DNA from: Granulosicoccaceae bacterium
GTDB taxonomy: Bacteria > Pseudomonadota > Gammaproteobacteria > Granulosicoccales > Granulosicoccaceae
Length of the DNA: 32,000 nucleotides
Assembly (NCBI GenBank): GCA_965222695.1
Contig: OZ244967.1
Span: 5,082,303 to 5,114,302 of the forward strand
Direction: 5' to 3'
Shown here: positions 1 through 11,579 of the stretch, in pieces
Layout of the letters: each line of letters begins with the position of its first letter
Position numbering within the stretch: the stretch's first letter is position 1
Program-made: the position numbers and the translations under genes
The notes under the pieces: model-generated
Database searches by the model: none
The model's input: the letters and a program-made list of their open reading frames with translations, nothing else
What the model was told of the DNA's origin: nothing

Positions 1-280
1 AGCCGGTGCCACGGGGGCAACAATCGTCAGCAATGCGCGCGGCGAGGGACTGAATAAGTCCAAGACATTTTTCGGATTATCCCTCGACATTCACCGGGAT
101 ATGATCATGTTTTTGGTTGAAGAGCACCTTGCGCGTACCATACTGGACGAAATCGGCAGGGTAGGTGAGTTTGATGAAAAACCCGGAACCGGAATCGCAT
201 GTCAGATTGATGTGGAGGATGCTGTGGGTGTCAATCAACAGATGTTGAAACTATCGACGGAATTAGAGGAACTGCTATGA
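1..280 (+). CDS. P-II-like (GlnB-fold) small regulator, C-terminal fragment cut by the window edge
   Basis: Frame 2..280 is open by hand translation (...GATIVSNARGEGLNKSKTFFGLSLD...KPGTGIACQIDVEDAVGV...ELL*). The TGA at 278-280 overlaps the next start as ATGA. The sequence pattern resembles the small P-II-family proteins usually paired with CBS proteins. Confidence 0.5.
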   Translation, partial: AGATGATIVSNARGEGLNKSKTFFGLSLDIHRDMIMFLVEEHLARTILDEIGRVGEFDEKPGTGIACQIDVEDAVGVNQQMLKLSTELEELL

Positions 281-684
281 GCGCAGGCAAAAGCATTCGT
301 GTACGTGATGTGATGACTAACGGCTTTTTGGAGATAGACGGTCTCTCCACTATCCGAGATGCATTGAAAGAAATGAAATCCGCCAACATCGATGTGGCGA
401 TTGTAAACCCAAGGGACGACGATGATGAATTCGGCATCATGGTATTGGCCGATATTGCAAAAAACGTCTTGGCGCAGAACAGGTCTCCTGAGCGGGTGAA
501 TGTCTATGAAATCATGAGTAAACCTGTCATAGATGCGCCTCCGGATATGAAAGTGCGTTATTGCGCGCGCCTGTTCGAGCGCTTCGGTTTATCGGTTGCG
601 CCGGTGATAGAAAACAAGAAAGTCATCGGCGTGGTGAGTTACAACGAACTGGTGCTTAAAGGATTATTACGAGGCGTTGAATAA
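277..684 (+). CDS. CBS-domain pair protein
   Basis: 135-aa ORF, translationally coupled (ATGA) to the upstream P-II-like ORF. It has two CBS-like segments (VRDVMTNGFLEID..., VYEIMSKPVIDAPPD...VAPVIENKKVIGVVS). Confidence 0.75.
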   Translation: MSAGKSIRVRDVMTNGFLEIDGLSTIRDALKEMKSANIDVAIVNPRDDDDEFGIMVLADIAKNVLAQNRSPERVNVYEIMSKPVIDAPPDMKVRYCARLFERFGLSVAPVIENKKVIGVVSYNELVLKGLLRGVE

Positions 685-832
685 ATCAGCAGCGACTCCT
701 AGGAGCTTGCCCCGCAAGCGATAGAAGGCATTTAACGACAACCCCTTCTATGGATAATGTTAAATAAAATTGACGGTATAAAGGTTCCGCCGGCTGATAT
801 ACTGAGCATTCAGCCATTTTTGCTTTTCGATC

Positions 833-2983
833 ATGCTTGTTCGTTTATTACTCCTGTTTTTGTTAAGCAACTCGATTGCTGCGGCGCACACCGTCACGCT
901 GACTCTGGCGGATTTTGACCAGGCCCTGGATAAGGCGGCTAAGGAAGGCTCCAGTCTGCAACAGCTTTTGCTCCAACAATTTCAGACGGAACTGGACCGC
1001 TTGGATTTAAAATGGGAAAACGGCTCTGTACTGCAGAATGTCACCATAGAGGATCAGCAACTGGATGGCGGCTGCGGTTACGCGGCCGATATGCGGAATT
1101 TTAAGGGGCTGGTCGCAATAAAAAATTCTTCCTCGGTCGGATTGACCATCACTTCACTTAATGAGCCCTTTGTACTGAATGTCGATGTCTCAGCAGATTT
1201 TGACGCAGACACACGAATTCGCCAATCCTACGGTATGAGACTGTTCGGTCGTTGTCGCGTCTATGCCCGGGATACGGTAAATGTGGAAATAGACGGGGAG
1301 ATGATATTTGGCGTAGAGGTGACATTCACACCCCGGTACTTTCTGCTGGAACAGGGATTACAACTTCGTCCGAAGATCGAAGTACGCACCGAGCTCGGCA
1401 AGTTTGATTTCAAACTGGATGTCAGCGATACACTATTGGACGATCAAATCGAGTCACGCCTTCGAAAAGCTGTCAAAAAGAAGTTTTCAGCGGAAAAACT
1501 GGCCGACTATGGCCGGAAACTGGAAGACCAGCTTATCGCAGATCTTTACGAGTCCTGGGGAGGCGACAGTCTGATTCTCGCTCTGCCGGAGCTGGAGCCG
1601 CAGCAGCAGGAAAAACTGCTCGCATTGCTGGACATACCGCTGCTGAGTGAGCTGGGAGAAACTCTGATTCGAAATCATTTGCCCGAACTCTTGTATGCTC
1701 TGGTAACGAACAATCATGCCATTTCGACGGAACTCTTTTCATCGGTGGGGATCTGCGAATTACTTCACGGGCAAATGCAGCCCATGCAGCGCAGCCCGGT
1801 ATACCAGGCAGACCGGGAAGCCTGTGTTCAAACCGATCAACCGCTACACGGTGAATCCTATTTTGCCGATGCCTCGTGTCAGATCGCTTTCGACTTTTTG
1901 TCGCAAGCTCCGGCAGAGTTTTGTGAAGAGTTGCTTGATCCGTCGACGCTCGGGAATGCAGCCAGGTTGCAAGGAAAGGACAAAGGCTGGGCGTTGTCGC
2001 ACGGTGCCTCGATACATTTAGGCGTCAGAAGTATCGCGCAGCGTAAACAACCGTTTATGCAAAGGGTGAATTACCGTCAGGTCGAAACCGCAAACGGTTT
2101 GTGTCAGTTGGAAATGCGCGTATTCAAATCCGATATTGCAGCCAGGGATTTAATCCCGCTGATGTCATTCCATGGCGGCAGCTGGACTTATCGCCGTGAT
2201 GGAGTGTTAGGTCTGGAATCGCAAGTCAGCCACCTGACCGATAAAGGATTTATTGTCTTCGAACCTTTTTATCGTTTAACGGGTTCCAAAGAGGCTAACC
2301 CTGAATGCTATCAGGCGGGGGGAGAGGATGTACTGAGTGATGCGGAAGCGGCGCTGGACTGGGTAATGGAAAATGCCATTGATTTCGGCGCGAGGCCAGG
2401 GCCGGTCACCGTGAGCGGGCAATCCGCGGGTGCGCATCTGGCAGCATGGCTGGCAGTTCATAGATCCGATCAAATCAGCAAGGGAATGCTGCTCTATCCA
2501 CCAACCGATTTCGCTCATTTTATTTCGCAATATCGCCAGGGAAATAAGGATATAAAGACAAGAGGGCTTAATGCCCTCAGCCGATTTATCGGCAAACCCA
2601 TCGATCAGATCACTACCGATGATCCCTTGGTCGTACGGGCCAGTTTTCCGCAGATAATCAGCCGACAGCCGGAACTGTATCCTCCCGTTTTTATTATTCA
2701 TGGATCAGGAGATACGTTGGTGCCGGTTAGTCAGTCCACCCGTCTGTGTGGCGCCTATAACGGCGATCCTGCCTCTGTCGCAGTTATTGAAGAAGGCGAA
2801 GACAACAGGCAGATTGAGCTTTGCGGCGGGGAAGGTCAGCTCCATATCATCAAGGGAGCAGAGCATGCATTGGACGTCTGTCTGTTCGATGCGTGGTGTC
2901 CGGCCGGCGGCAATGAGGCGCAAAGTGTTACGGCGGATTCTCTTACACAGGCAATTGAATGGTTGACCGGTAACGAACCTTAG
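833..2983 (+). CDS. secreted alpha/beta-hydrolase (esterase/lipase type) with a large uncharacterised N-terminal domain
   Basis: N-terminal signal peptide MLVRLLLLFLLSNSIAAA. The C-terminal ~280 aa carry an HGGSW oxyanion motif, a GQSAGA nucleophile elbow, and downstream HGSGD / GAEHA acid and His candidates. Confidence 0.75.
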   Translation: MLVRLLLLFLLSNSIAAAHTVTLTLADFDQALDKAAKEGSSLQQLLLQQFQTELDRLDLKWENGSVLQNVTIEDQQLDGGCGYAADMRNFKGLVAIKNSSSVGLTITSLNEPFVLNVDVSADFDADTRIRQSYGMRLFGRCRVYARDTVNVEIDGEMIFGVEVTFTPRYFLLEQGLQLRPKIEVRTELGKFDFKLDVSDTLLDDQIESRLRKAVKKKFSAEKLADYGRKLEDQLIADLYESWGGDSLILALPELEPQQQEKLLALLDIPLLSELGETLIRNHLPELLYALVTNNHAISTELFSSVGICELLHGQMQPMQRSPVYQADREACVQTDQPLHGESYFADASCQIAFDFLSQAPAEFCEELLDPSTLGNAARLQGKDKGWALSHGASIHLGVRSIAQRKQPFMQRVNYRQVETANGLCQLEMRVFKSDIAARDLIPLMSFHGGSWTYRRDGVLGLESQVSHLTDKGFIVFEPFYRLTGSKEANPECYQAGGEDVLSDAEAALDWVMENAIDFGARPGPVTVSGQSAGAHLAAWLAVHRSDQISKGMLLYPPTDFAHFISQYRQGNKDIKTRGLNALSRFIGKPIDQITTDDPLVVRASFPQIISRQPELYPPVFIIHGSGDTLVPVSQSTRLCGAYNGDPASVAVIEEGEDNRQIELCGGEGQLHIIKGAEHALDVCLFDAWCPAGGNEAQSVTADSLTQAIEWLTGNEP

Positions 2984-3156
2984 ACACCCTTTCCACCCGA
3001 TCGCGAGGAGGCCTCGCTCCTACGGAAAGCCGAGGTTGGTCCGTCTGTCTATGTTATAATTTAAACCTTGTTTCGATTCCGACTCATCACCGTAGAACAT
3101 GTGTTTTAACTCATGACAGCCTTTCGACTATTTCAGCTTTAAGGGAGTAAACTGAA

Positions 3157-5319
3157 ATGCAGGATTCCACCATTGCATCGCAAGCCCGTAGAATTTTAAA
3201 TCTGACTTTCGGCTATGACGATTTCCGTCATCAGCAGGCGGATATTGTGCAAACACTGGTGGAAGGCAAAGATGCACTGGTCCTGATGCCCACCGGAGGC
3301 GGAAAGTCTCTCTGCTACCAGATTCCGGCCATGATTCGCGAAGGTGTCGGCATCGTTGTGTCACCACTGATCGCTTTAATGCAGGATCAGGTCGACGCGC
3401 TCAGGCAGCTTGGTGTTCAGGCTGATTTTATTAATTCGACGTTGAATATGGAGCAGCAACAGCACGTCGAGCAAAAAATGCGTAACGGCGATGTCGATCT
3501 CGTCTATGTCTCGCCCGAACGCTTATTGAGCGAGCACACGTTAAATTTGCTGGATGCTTGTCATATTGCATTGTTCGCCATAGATGAGGCACATTGCGTG
3601 TCTCAATGGGGACATGATTTCCGTAAGGAGTATCAACAGCTTTCGGTTTTGCATCAAAGATATCCCGGTACGCCAAGGATTGCCTTGACCGCCACCGCTG
3701 AGCCTCGGACGCGCCAGGAAATTCTACAGCAACTGCAGCTGGAAGATGCAACCCTGTTTATCAGCAGCTTCGATAGACCGAACATTCACTATCAGTTGAG
3801 CGAGGGTCAAAACGCGCGTGAACAACTATGGCGTTTTCTGGACACGAACCACCCTAAGGACGCCGGAATTGTATATTGTTTATCGCGAAAAAAAGTTGAA
3901 TCAACCGCTGAATGGCTCGTTGCCAAAGGCAGAACGGCGCTGCCTTATCATGCCGGTTTGAGCGACAGGCAAAGAGCTGAACACCAGGCGCGGTTTCTGC
4001 GGGAGGAGGCTGTAATCATTGTAGCAACCATCGCCTTTGGAATGGGAATTGATAAGCCCGATGTGAGATTTGTTGCGCATTTAAGCTTACCCAAAAGCAT
4101 TGAAGCTTATTACCAGGAGACCGGGCGCGCCGGAAGAGACGGAGCAGCGTCTTCGGCCTGGATGGCTTACGGTCTGCAGGATGTTATTACTCTTCGGCAG
4201 ATGATGAACGAGTCTGATGCGAATGAGCAGTTTAAGCGAATACAGATGCATAAGCTTGAGTCCATGCTTGGTTTATGTGAGATAAGCAGCTGCCGTCGCC
4301 AGCATCTGTTGCAGTATTTCGGAGAGGCTCTGAAACATCCTTGCGGTAACTGTGATAACTGCGCAAAACCACCGGAAACATGGGATGCTACGGAAGCTTC
4401 ACGCATGGCAATGTCTGCGGTATATCGTAGCGGACAGAGATTCGGCGTAAACTATGTAATTGATATTTTGTGCGGAAAAGAGCAGGAAAGGATTGTCAGA
4501 AACGGACATGACCGACTGACGGTCTTCGGAATCGGGAAGGAGATCAGTGGTCCGCAATGGCGTACCATTTTCCGGCAGTTGATTGCGATGGCTTTTTTAT
4601 CCGTGGATGTCGATGGGTTCGGTTCGTTGAGACTGACTGAAAAATGCAGGCCGATATTGCGTGGGCAGCAAAGCTTGTTTTTGCGTAAACAAAGAAAGCC
4701 CGAAAAGTTAGAGAAAAAACAGGATCACAAAGAAAACCGGGAACTCAGATCCTTTGATCTGGCTTTATTCGAGGCATTGCGTAATCTGCGCCTGCAAATG
4801 GCGCAGGATCAAGCAGTGCCGCCTTATATCATTTTCCATGACAGCACACTGGTGGATATGGCCCGGCAGCGGCCGGGCACCGAAGAAGAACTTCGCTATA
4901 TCAGCGGGGTGGGAGAAAAGAAGCTGGAGCGGTATGGAGATGCATTTTTGGCCGTGATAAGGGATTATCCTATCCCAGAGATCCTTAATAATCAGCTCAG
5001 CGATAACATCAAGGAGACACTGTTTTTATTCAATCAGGGAGTGGATGTGGCGGAGATCGCAGAGCGGCGAGGTAAGAAACTCAGCGCGATTTACGGGCAT
5101 CTGGCTGACGCCATCGCTCAAGATGTTCTGGCCCTGGATGCGGTAGTGGATCTTGGGACATCGGAGTACAACCGTATTCTGAATATGTATGAAATGGCTC
5201 TCGATAAGGGGGAGTCTGGCGGTAGTCTAAGGTCTTTGCAGCAGGCTCTGGAAGAAAAATACGACTACGATTTATTACGTTGTGTCGTGGCGTCGTTTCG
5301 AAATATTCCGGCCCGTTAG
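3157..5319 (+). CDS. recQ: ATP-dependent DNA helicase RecQ
   Basis: Walker A PTGGGKS, DEAH box (AIDEAHCVSQWGHDFR), a RecQ Zn-binding Cys cluster (CRRQ...CGNCDNC), an HRDC-like region (PPYIIFHDSTLVDMA...ISGVGEKKLERYG), and an extra C-terminal ~110 aa. Confidence 0.95.
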   Translation: MQDSTIASQARRILNLTFGYDDFRHQQADIVQTLVEGKDALVLMPTGGGKSLCYQIPAMIREGVGIVVSPLIALMQDQVDALRQLGVQADFINSTLNMEQQQHVEQKMRNGDVDLVYVSPERLLSEHTLNLLDACHIALFAIDEAHCVSQWGHDFRKEYQQLSVLHQRYPGTPRIALTATAEPRTRQEILQQLQLEDATLFISSFDRPNIHYQLSEGQNAREQLWRFLDTNHPKDAGIVYCLSRKKVESTAEWLVAKGRTALPYHAGLSDRQRAEHQARFLREEAVIIVATIAFGMGIDKPDVRFVAHLSLPKSIEAYYQETGRAGRDGAASSAWMAYGLQDVITLRQMMNESDANEQFKRIQMHKLESMLGLCEISSCRRQHLLQYFGEALKHPCGNCDNCAKPPETWDATEASRMAMSAVYRSGQRFGVNYVIDILCGKEQERIVRNGHDRLTVFGIGKEISGPQWRTIFRQLIAMAFLSVDVDGFGSLRLTEKCRPILRGQQSLFLRKQRKPEKLEKKQDHKENRELRSFDLALFEALRNLRLQMAQDQAVPPYIIFHDSTLVDMARQRPGTEEELRYISGVGEKKLERYGDAFLAVIRDYPIPEILNNQLSDNIKETLFLFNQGVDVAEIAERRGKKLSAIYGHLADAIAQDVLALDAVVDLGTSEYNRILNMYEMALDKGESGGSLRSLQQALEEKYDYDLLRCVVASFRNIPAR

Positions 5320-5394
5320 GCACGCCCGCAATGGTTAAAAAGTGTTATTTCCGACCTCCTTGAATTCGGAATATGCCGCGTTTACGGTGCGTGA

Positions 5395-7389
<1,995 letters not shown>

Positions 7390-7831
7390 TTGTCTGCCTG
7401 GCTGTTGAGTCGGGTGGCGCATCCGGTCACTTTGGAAAACCGCTCTGCCCGAATGCCGTATCTTCCGAGCCGGTCCACAAATCGTTTACCGAAGATTTTA
7501 GAATTCTGGCAAATACTTATAGCTAAGTAAATTCTCAACATTCAAAACCGTGCGCCTTGCATGATTGGCGATAAGTGTTGCGGGCTTTCGCCTGGCAAAG
7601 CCAAGGATAATAGCGGAATTATCGTGCGGCTTTGTCGCCTGGTTATTTTACACCTCCTGTGCCGGGGGGAGTGAGGTATTCGGCTTAGACATTAGTATGA
7701 GCGTAATTGGAGCAAATTCCGTGTAAAGTACCGGAATATACCGGATTTCGATCCCATTTCTGTATTAACGGGCCCTGACGCGGTAATCAGATGCTGCGTT
7801 ATTCATCCGGGCTGTTGAAAGTCATAAATAA

Positions 7832-7845
7832 TTGTTTATAAACAA
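7832..7845. promoter_or_regulatory. perfect 14-bp palindrome TTGTTTATAAACAA upstream of the autotransporter gene (candidate operator)
   Basis: A perfect dyad lies 33 bp upstream of the ATG at 7878. It has a TTGNN-N4-NNCAA layout reminiscent of CRP/FNR-family sites. Confidence 0.3.
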
Positions 7846-7877
7846 ATTTTAGTGAGAGTGTCAAAGAGGTGTCAATA

Positions 7878-9401
7878 ATGAGGCAGACTAGTTGCGCGTT
7901 GCAAAAAAATAACAAGAATTCTGGCCGGATCGGGCCAGATGGTGATATGGACTCTACCGCCGGCACACGGCTCTTGCGGATCTGTATAGCCGCAGGCCTG
8001 CTGGCATCCGGCTTATCCGTCAGTGGTGTGACCAGTGCTACCGTACAACCCGTGAATACGCTCGGACGTGTTGGCGAGACCGACTTACAGATCAGAACGG
8101 GTAATGCTGTTCAAGCGGTTTGCGGCCAGTTTATCGCCGCCAATAACGAGGGAACCGCGCCCGCAGATGAATTGGAAGCTGACCTTTTTGATAAGTGTGG
8201 TGAAATGGTACATACGGGAAGGACGGTTACGGGCGAAGACGGTGCAACCGCAAAATCGCTGGAACTGACAGGCGATGAGCTGCGGGCCGGGCTACAGAAT
8301 ATTGCCGGTGAAGAAGCAGCATCCAGCGGTTCCATGGCTACTGAAGCATCGGCCAGCCAAACCGCCAATATCAGCAAACGTATCTCCGCCTTGTTATCAA
8401 GATCGTCCAATCTGCAGCTCAGTGCGGTCAATGCCTACGGCAGCGATGCGCTCTATACCTTAACGGAAGAAGAATTGAAAAGGCCATCAGGCGGTAGTGC
8501 CGGTAATGGTGATTTAACCGACAATCGATGGGGCCTTTTTATAAACGGAGATTTTGGCACTGGTGAAAAAGACGGTACCGACGCTGAAGATGGCTTCAGT
8601 TACGATTCAACCGGCTTTACCGCGGGTGTCGATTACCGCACCAGCAATCAGGTGGTTCTAGGCCTGGCGGCAGGCTTCTCCAGCAGTACTTCCGATTTCG
8701 ATAAAACCGCTAATGTCAGCGGAGGTGAAATGGAAGCTGAGGCAACCAGTATTTCAACCTTTGGCCTGTTCTACACGGACAATTATTTCTTTGACGGGAT
8801 TTTGAGCTTCACCCGGGGCAATTTTGAAATGGACAGGCGGATAGTGATATCGACAAATTCCAATGATCCGGAAAATGACGGTGTGAACCGTACTGCAAGC
8901 AGTGATACGGATAGCAATCAGATAGCGTTCAGTTTCGGAGGTGGGACGGAAGTGAACCGAGGCAGCTTTTTGTTTGCGCCTTATGCACGCTTGCAGTATT
9001 TGAAAGTGGAAATAGATGAATTTGAGGAAACCGGCGCCCAGGGCTTGGTACTAAGAGTCGAGGATCAGGAGATTGAATCCACGACCAGTACGCTCGGTGT
9101 TCGTGCCAGTACGGTGAATAATACATCCTTTGGTGTCTTGATTCCGCAGGGCCGCCTTGAATGGATTCATGAATACAGCGACGATGAAAGGGAAGTCACG
9201 ACGGTATATGTCCATGATCCGCGGCAGAATGAGCTGTTATTCGTCACCGACGCGCCCGACCGTGACTACTTTTCCATGGGGCTCGGTTTATCAGCGGTTT
9301 TTAAGGGTGGAACACAGGCGTTTGTTGATTTAAGAACCCTGCTGGGCTTGACGGACTTCACCGAGACAGTGATCACTATCGGTGCCAGATTCGAGCTCTA
9401 G
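7878..9401 (+). CDS. autotransporter outer-membrane beta-barrel domain protein (short passenger)
   Basis: AAGAGGTG Shine-Dalgarno 6 nt before the ATG at 7878 (the ORF opens at GTG 7869; an alternative ATG is at 7947). Signal peptide ...LLRICIAAGLLASGLSVSGVTSA. The C-terminal ~280 aa have alternating beta-strand patterns typical of autotransporter barrels (GFTAGVDYR, LGLAAGFS, ...ITIGARFEL). Confidence 0.75.
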   Translation: MRQTSCALQKNNKNSGRIGPDGDMDSTAGTRLLRICIAAGLLASGLSVSGVTSATVQPVNTLGRVGETDLQIRTGNAVQAVCGQFIAANNEGTAPADELEADLFDKCGEMVHTGRTVTGEDGATAKSLELTGDELRAGLQNIAGEEAASSGSMATEASASQTANISKRISALLSRSSNLQLSAVNAYGSDALYTLTEEELKRPSGGSAGNGDLTDNRWGLFINGDFGTGEKDGTDAEDGFSYDSTGFTAGVDYRTSNQVVLGLAAGFSSSTSDFDKTANVSGGEMEAEATSISTFGLFYTDNYFFDGILSFTRGNFEMDRRIVISTNSNDPENDGVNRTASSDTDSNQIAFSFGGGTEVNRGSFLFAPYARLQYLKVEIDEFEETGAQGLVLRVEDQEIESTTSTLGVRASTVNNTSFGVLIPQGRLEWIHEYSDDEREVTTVYVHDPRQNELLFVTDAPDRDYFSMGLGLSAVFKGGTQAFVDLRTLLGLTDFTETVITIGARFEL

Positions 9402-9516
9402 GCGAGCCACAGAACGGGCCTCACTTAACAATGGCAGCAGATCACTGTGGTACACACGGTGGTCTCTTCGTCGGGCTCAGCGGGATTTTGAGCCGCTATC
9501 CGGAGATGTTCTGCTG

Positions 9517-9522
9517 TATAAT
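9517..9522 (+). promoter_or_regulatory. candidate -10 box (perfect TATAAT) 8 nt upstream of the kinase ATG
   Basis: TATAAT at 9517-9522. There is no Shine-Dalgarno between it and the ATG at 9531, and no convincing -35. Confidence 0.25.
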
Positions 9523-9530
9523 GACTCAGT

Positions 9531-10733
9531 ATGAAGATACCGGGCTATAAACTTGTCAGCAAGCTGGGCCAGGGCGGCATGGCCAGTGTTTACCTCGCTG
9601 TCCAGGAATCGCTCGACCGTGAAGTCGCTATCAAGATCATGGATCCCAAAATGGCGGCGGATGAGTCATTTTGCGACCGGTTTCTGAAGGAAGGCAAGAT
9701 TGTCGCCCAGCTGAGCAATCATCCGGATATTGTAACGGTCTATGATATCGGAAAGGCGGGCGATTATTATTACATGGCCATGGAGTATATTCCGGGGCCT
9801 AATCTCAAAGACCGTATCTACAATAATGATAATCCCAAACAACCCTTACTGGTCATACGGCAGGTGGCCAGTGCCCTGGGTATGGCCCATTCCCGCGGAT
9901 TTATCCACCGTGATGTAAAACCGGCCAATATACTCTTTAAGGAAAGCGGGGATGCAGTGTTATCGGATTTCGGCATCGCCAAGGCCGTACAGGCGGACAC
10001 TCAACTGACGGCTATTGGATATGCTGTGGGTACGCCTGAGTATATGAGTCCGGAACAGGCCATGGGCCAGGCAGTGGACTTCAGGGCCGATTTATACAGC
10101 CTTGGAGTAGTGTTGTATGAAATGCTGGCCGAGAAAAAGCCCTATATCGGTCAGGACCCGTTTTCCACCGCGCTCATGCATATCAACAACCCAGTACCTC
10201 ATTTGCCGGAGGCGGTGAATGAAATGCAACCGCTTATCGATCGATTAATGGCCAAGGATCGTGAAAAACGGTTTCAAAGTGCACAGGAAGTCGTTGAATC
10301 CATAGATCGTATACTGGGAACCACCCAGGCAGCGACCCTGGCGGCTGCCGGTATTTCGGTGAGTGAATCCGATCAGACAGAGGCGGTTTCAGGAAAAACT
10401 GCTACCAAAAAGATGCCCCTTTTACTGGCAGCCGGCTTGGCGACTATACTCATTGGTGTAGGAGTTGTATTTGCATTCAGAGGCCAGATATTAAATCAGA
10501 GGGGAGCCGATAATGTGGTGGCCACCGAGCAGGCGTTGGTCTCTGCACCTTTAAGTGAAGAAGATCAAAAAACCGTTAACCGTTTGCTTGAAGTTGCCGA
10601 AGCGCATATGGCTATAGGCCGGTATAAAGAACCGCCCGGCAGCAATGCGCTTGAGACCTATCGCATGGTTCTGGATCTGGATCCCGCGAATTCCGTTGCA
10701 AAACAAGCTATTTCGACAATAGAGTCCAAATAG
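9531..10733 (+). CDS. Hanks-type serine/threonine protein kinase with TM helix and C-terminal extracytoplasmic TPR-like tail
   Basis: G-loop GQGGMASVY, VAIK lysine, HRDVKPANIL, DFG, GTPEYMSPE. TM segment LLLAAGLATILIGVGVVFAF. Confidence 0.92.
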   Translation: MKIPGYKLVSKLGQGGMASVYLAVQESLDREVAIKIMDPKMAADESFCDRFLKEGKIVAQLSNHPDIVTVYDIGKAGDYYYMAMEYIPGPNLKDRIYNNDNPKQPLLVIRQVASALGMAHSRGFIHRDVKPANILFKESGDAVLSDFGIAKAVQADTQLTAIGYAVGTPEYMSPEQAMGQAVDFRADLYSLGVVLYEMLAEKKPYIGQDPFSTALMHINNPVPHLPEAVNEMQPLIDRLMAKDREKRFQSAQEVVESIDRILGTTQAATLAAAGISVSESDQTEAVSGKTATKKMPLLLAAGLATILIGVGVVFAFRGQILNQRGADNVVATEQALVSAPLSEEDQKTVNRLLEVAEAHMAIGRYKEPPGSNALETYRMVLDLDPANSVAKQAISTIESK

Positions 10734-11068
10734 CTCTATGCATAGGAACTTGAGCTTACTTGCATTATGATAAATGGAACATGCCTCAAAGCACTTTTAT
10801 CAATACATGCATTAATTATCCGGAATTAACCTCCTTCTGATAAATTCATTAACCACTGTCTGTTTAAGGATAATAAACAAACACCTAATATTGTATAAAA
10901 AAGTACTAAATGTAGATTTTAATTTTTATAAATACTATAAGTATAACTCCAGAAAAATCATGGTGCGTCCCGGCAAGCGGCGGTTGCACTAAAATAGGTC
11001 AGGAATACCATTTTCGGGTGTGCTCACCGGCTTCGTAAAACGGCATACCCTAAAACCGATTCAGAGGT

Positions 11069-11530
11069 TTGCTTTTGAGCATAGTGTCTGAAAAAACACG
11101 AATGATACTGGCCAGAACCTACCCGGTGCTGAAAGAAAATTCGGAAGATATAACATACAGGATGTATGATATATTTTTCAGGGATTATCCTGGATTTCGC
11201 TCGATTTTTGCCGAATCCCGAAAGCTTCATCCGCGTGTTTTCAGTTTGACGCTGAATGCCGTGTTCCTGTTGGACAACTGGAAGGGCAACGGCAACAGCG
11301 AGAGTATTTTAGCTCTCGCCAGGGAATACAATGCTACCGAACTCCCGCCTGAAACATTTCCGCTGATCAGGAATGCATTACTGCAGGCGGTCCAAGATGT
11401 CATGTTTGATGAGGCATCTCAGGATTTGGTGGAGGCTATTGCGGAAGCGTTCGATTGTCTTTCCGAAGTCTTGTCGCGATCAGGCGTCACCGGCGCACGC
11501 GGAAATAACCATTCGTCTTCCGCGATATAG
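11069..11530 (+). CDS. single-domain globin-like protein
   Basis: Hand alignment to bacterial haemoglobins (Vitreoscilla Hb / Hmp N-domain). B10 Tyr (RMYDIFF) and CD1 Phe (RSIFAES) are conserved. The start is uncertain (TTG 11069, GTG 11084 or ATG 11102). Confidence 0.6.
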   Translation: MLLSIVSEKTRMILARTYPVLKENSEDITYRMYDIFFRDYPGFRSIFAESRKLHPRVFSLTLNAVFLLDNWKGNGNSESILALAREYNATELPPETFPLIRNALLQAVQDVMFDEASQDLVEAIAEAFDCLSEVLSRSGVTGARGNNHSSSAI

Positions 11531-11579
11531 GCCTTTTGGGACCGGCCGGCCGCGACCGGCGGCTATAGAAAGCCAGGGT

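Noticed and set aside
697-719. GC hairpins after the CBS gene (GCTTGC-CCC-GCAAGC) and after the hydrolase gene (GCGAGG-AGG-CCTCGC at 3003-3017), considered as terminators
   Set aside because: The stems are only 6 bp and no T-run follows. I did not call them features.
7583-7642. Direct repeat GGCTTTCGCCTGG / GGCTTTGTCGCCTGG in the VWA/autotransporter intergenic region
   Set aside because: It is short and imperfect, with only two copies. It cannot be distinguished from chance without comparative data.
10734-11068. Long, partly AT-rich leader upstream of the globin gene, examined for a riboswitch or sRNA
   Set aside because: I could not recognise any known riboswitch core or a convincing conserved-looking stem set by eye. 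The repeated ATGCAT hexamers are too short to interpret. A CM scan (Rfam) would be needed.
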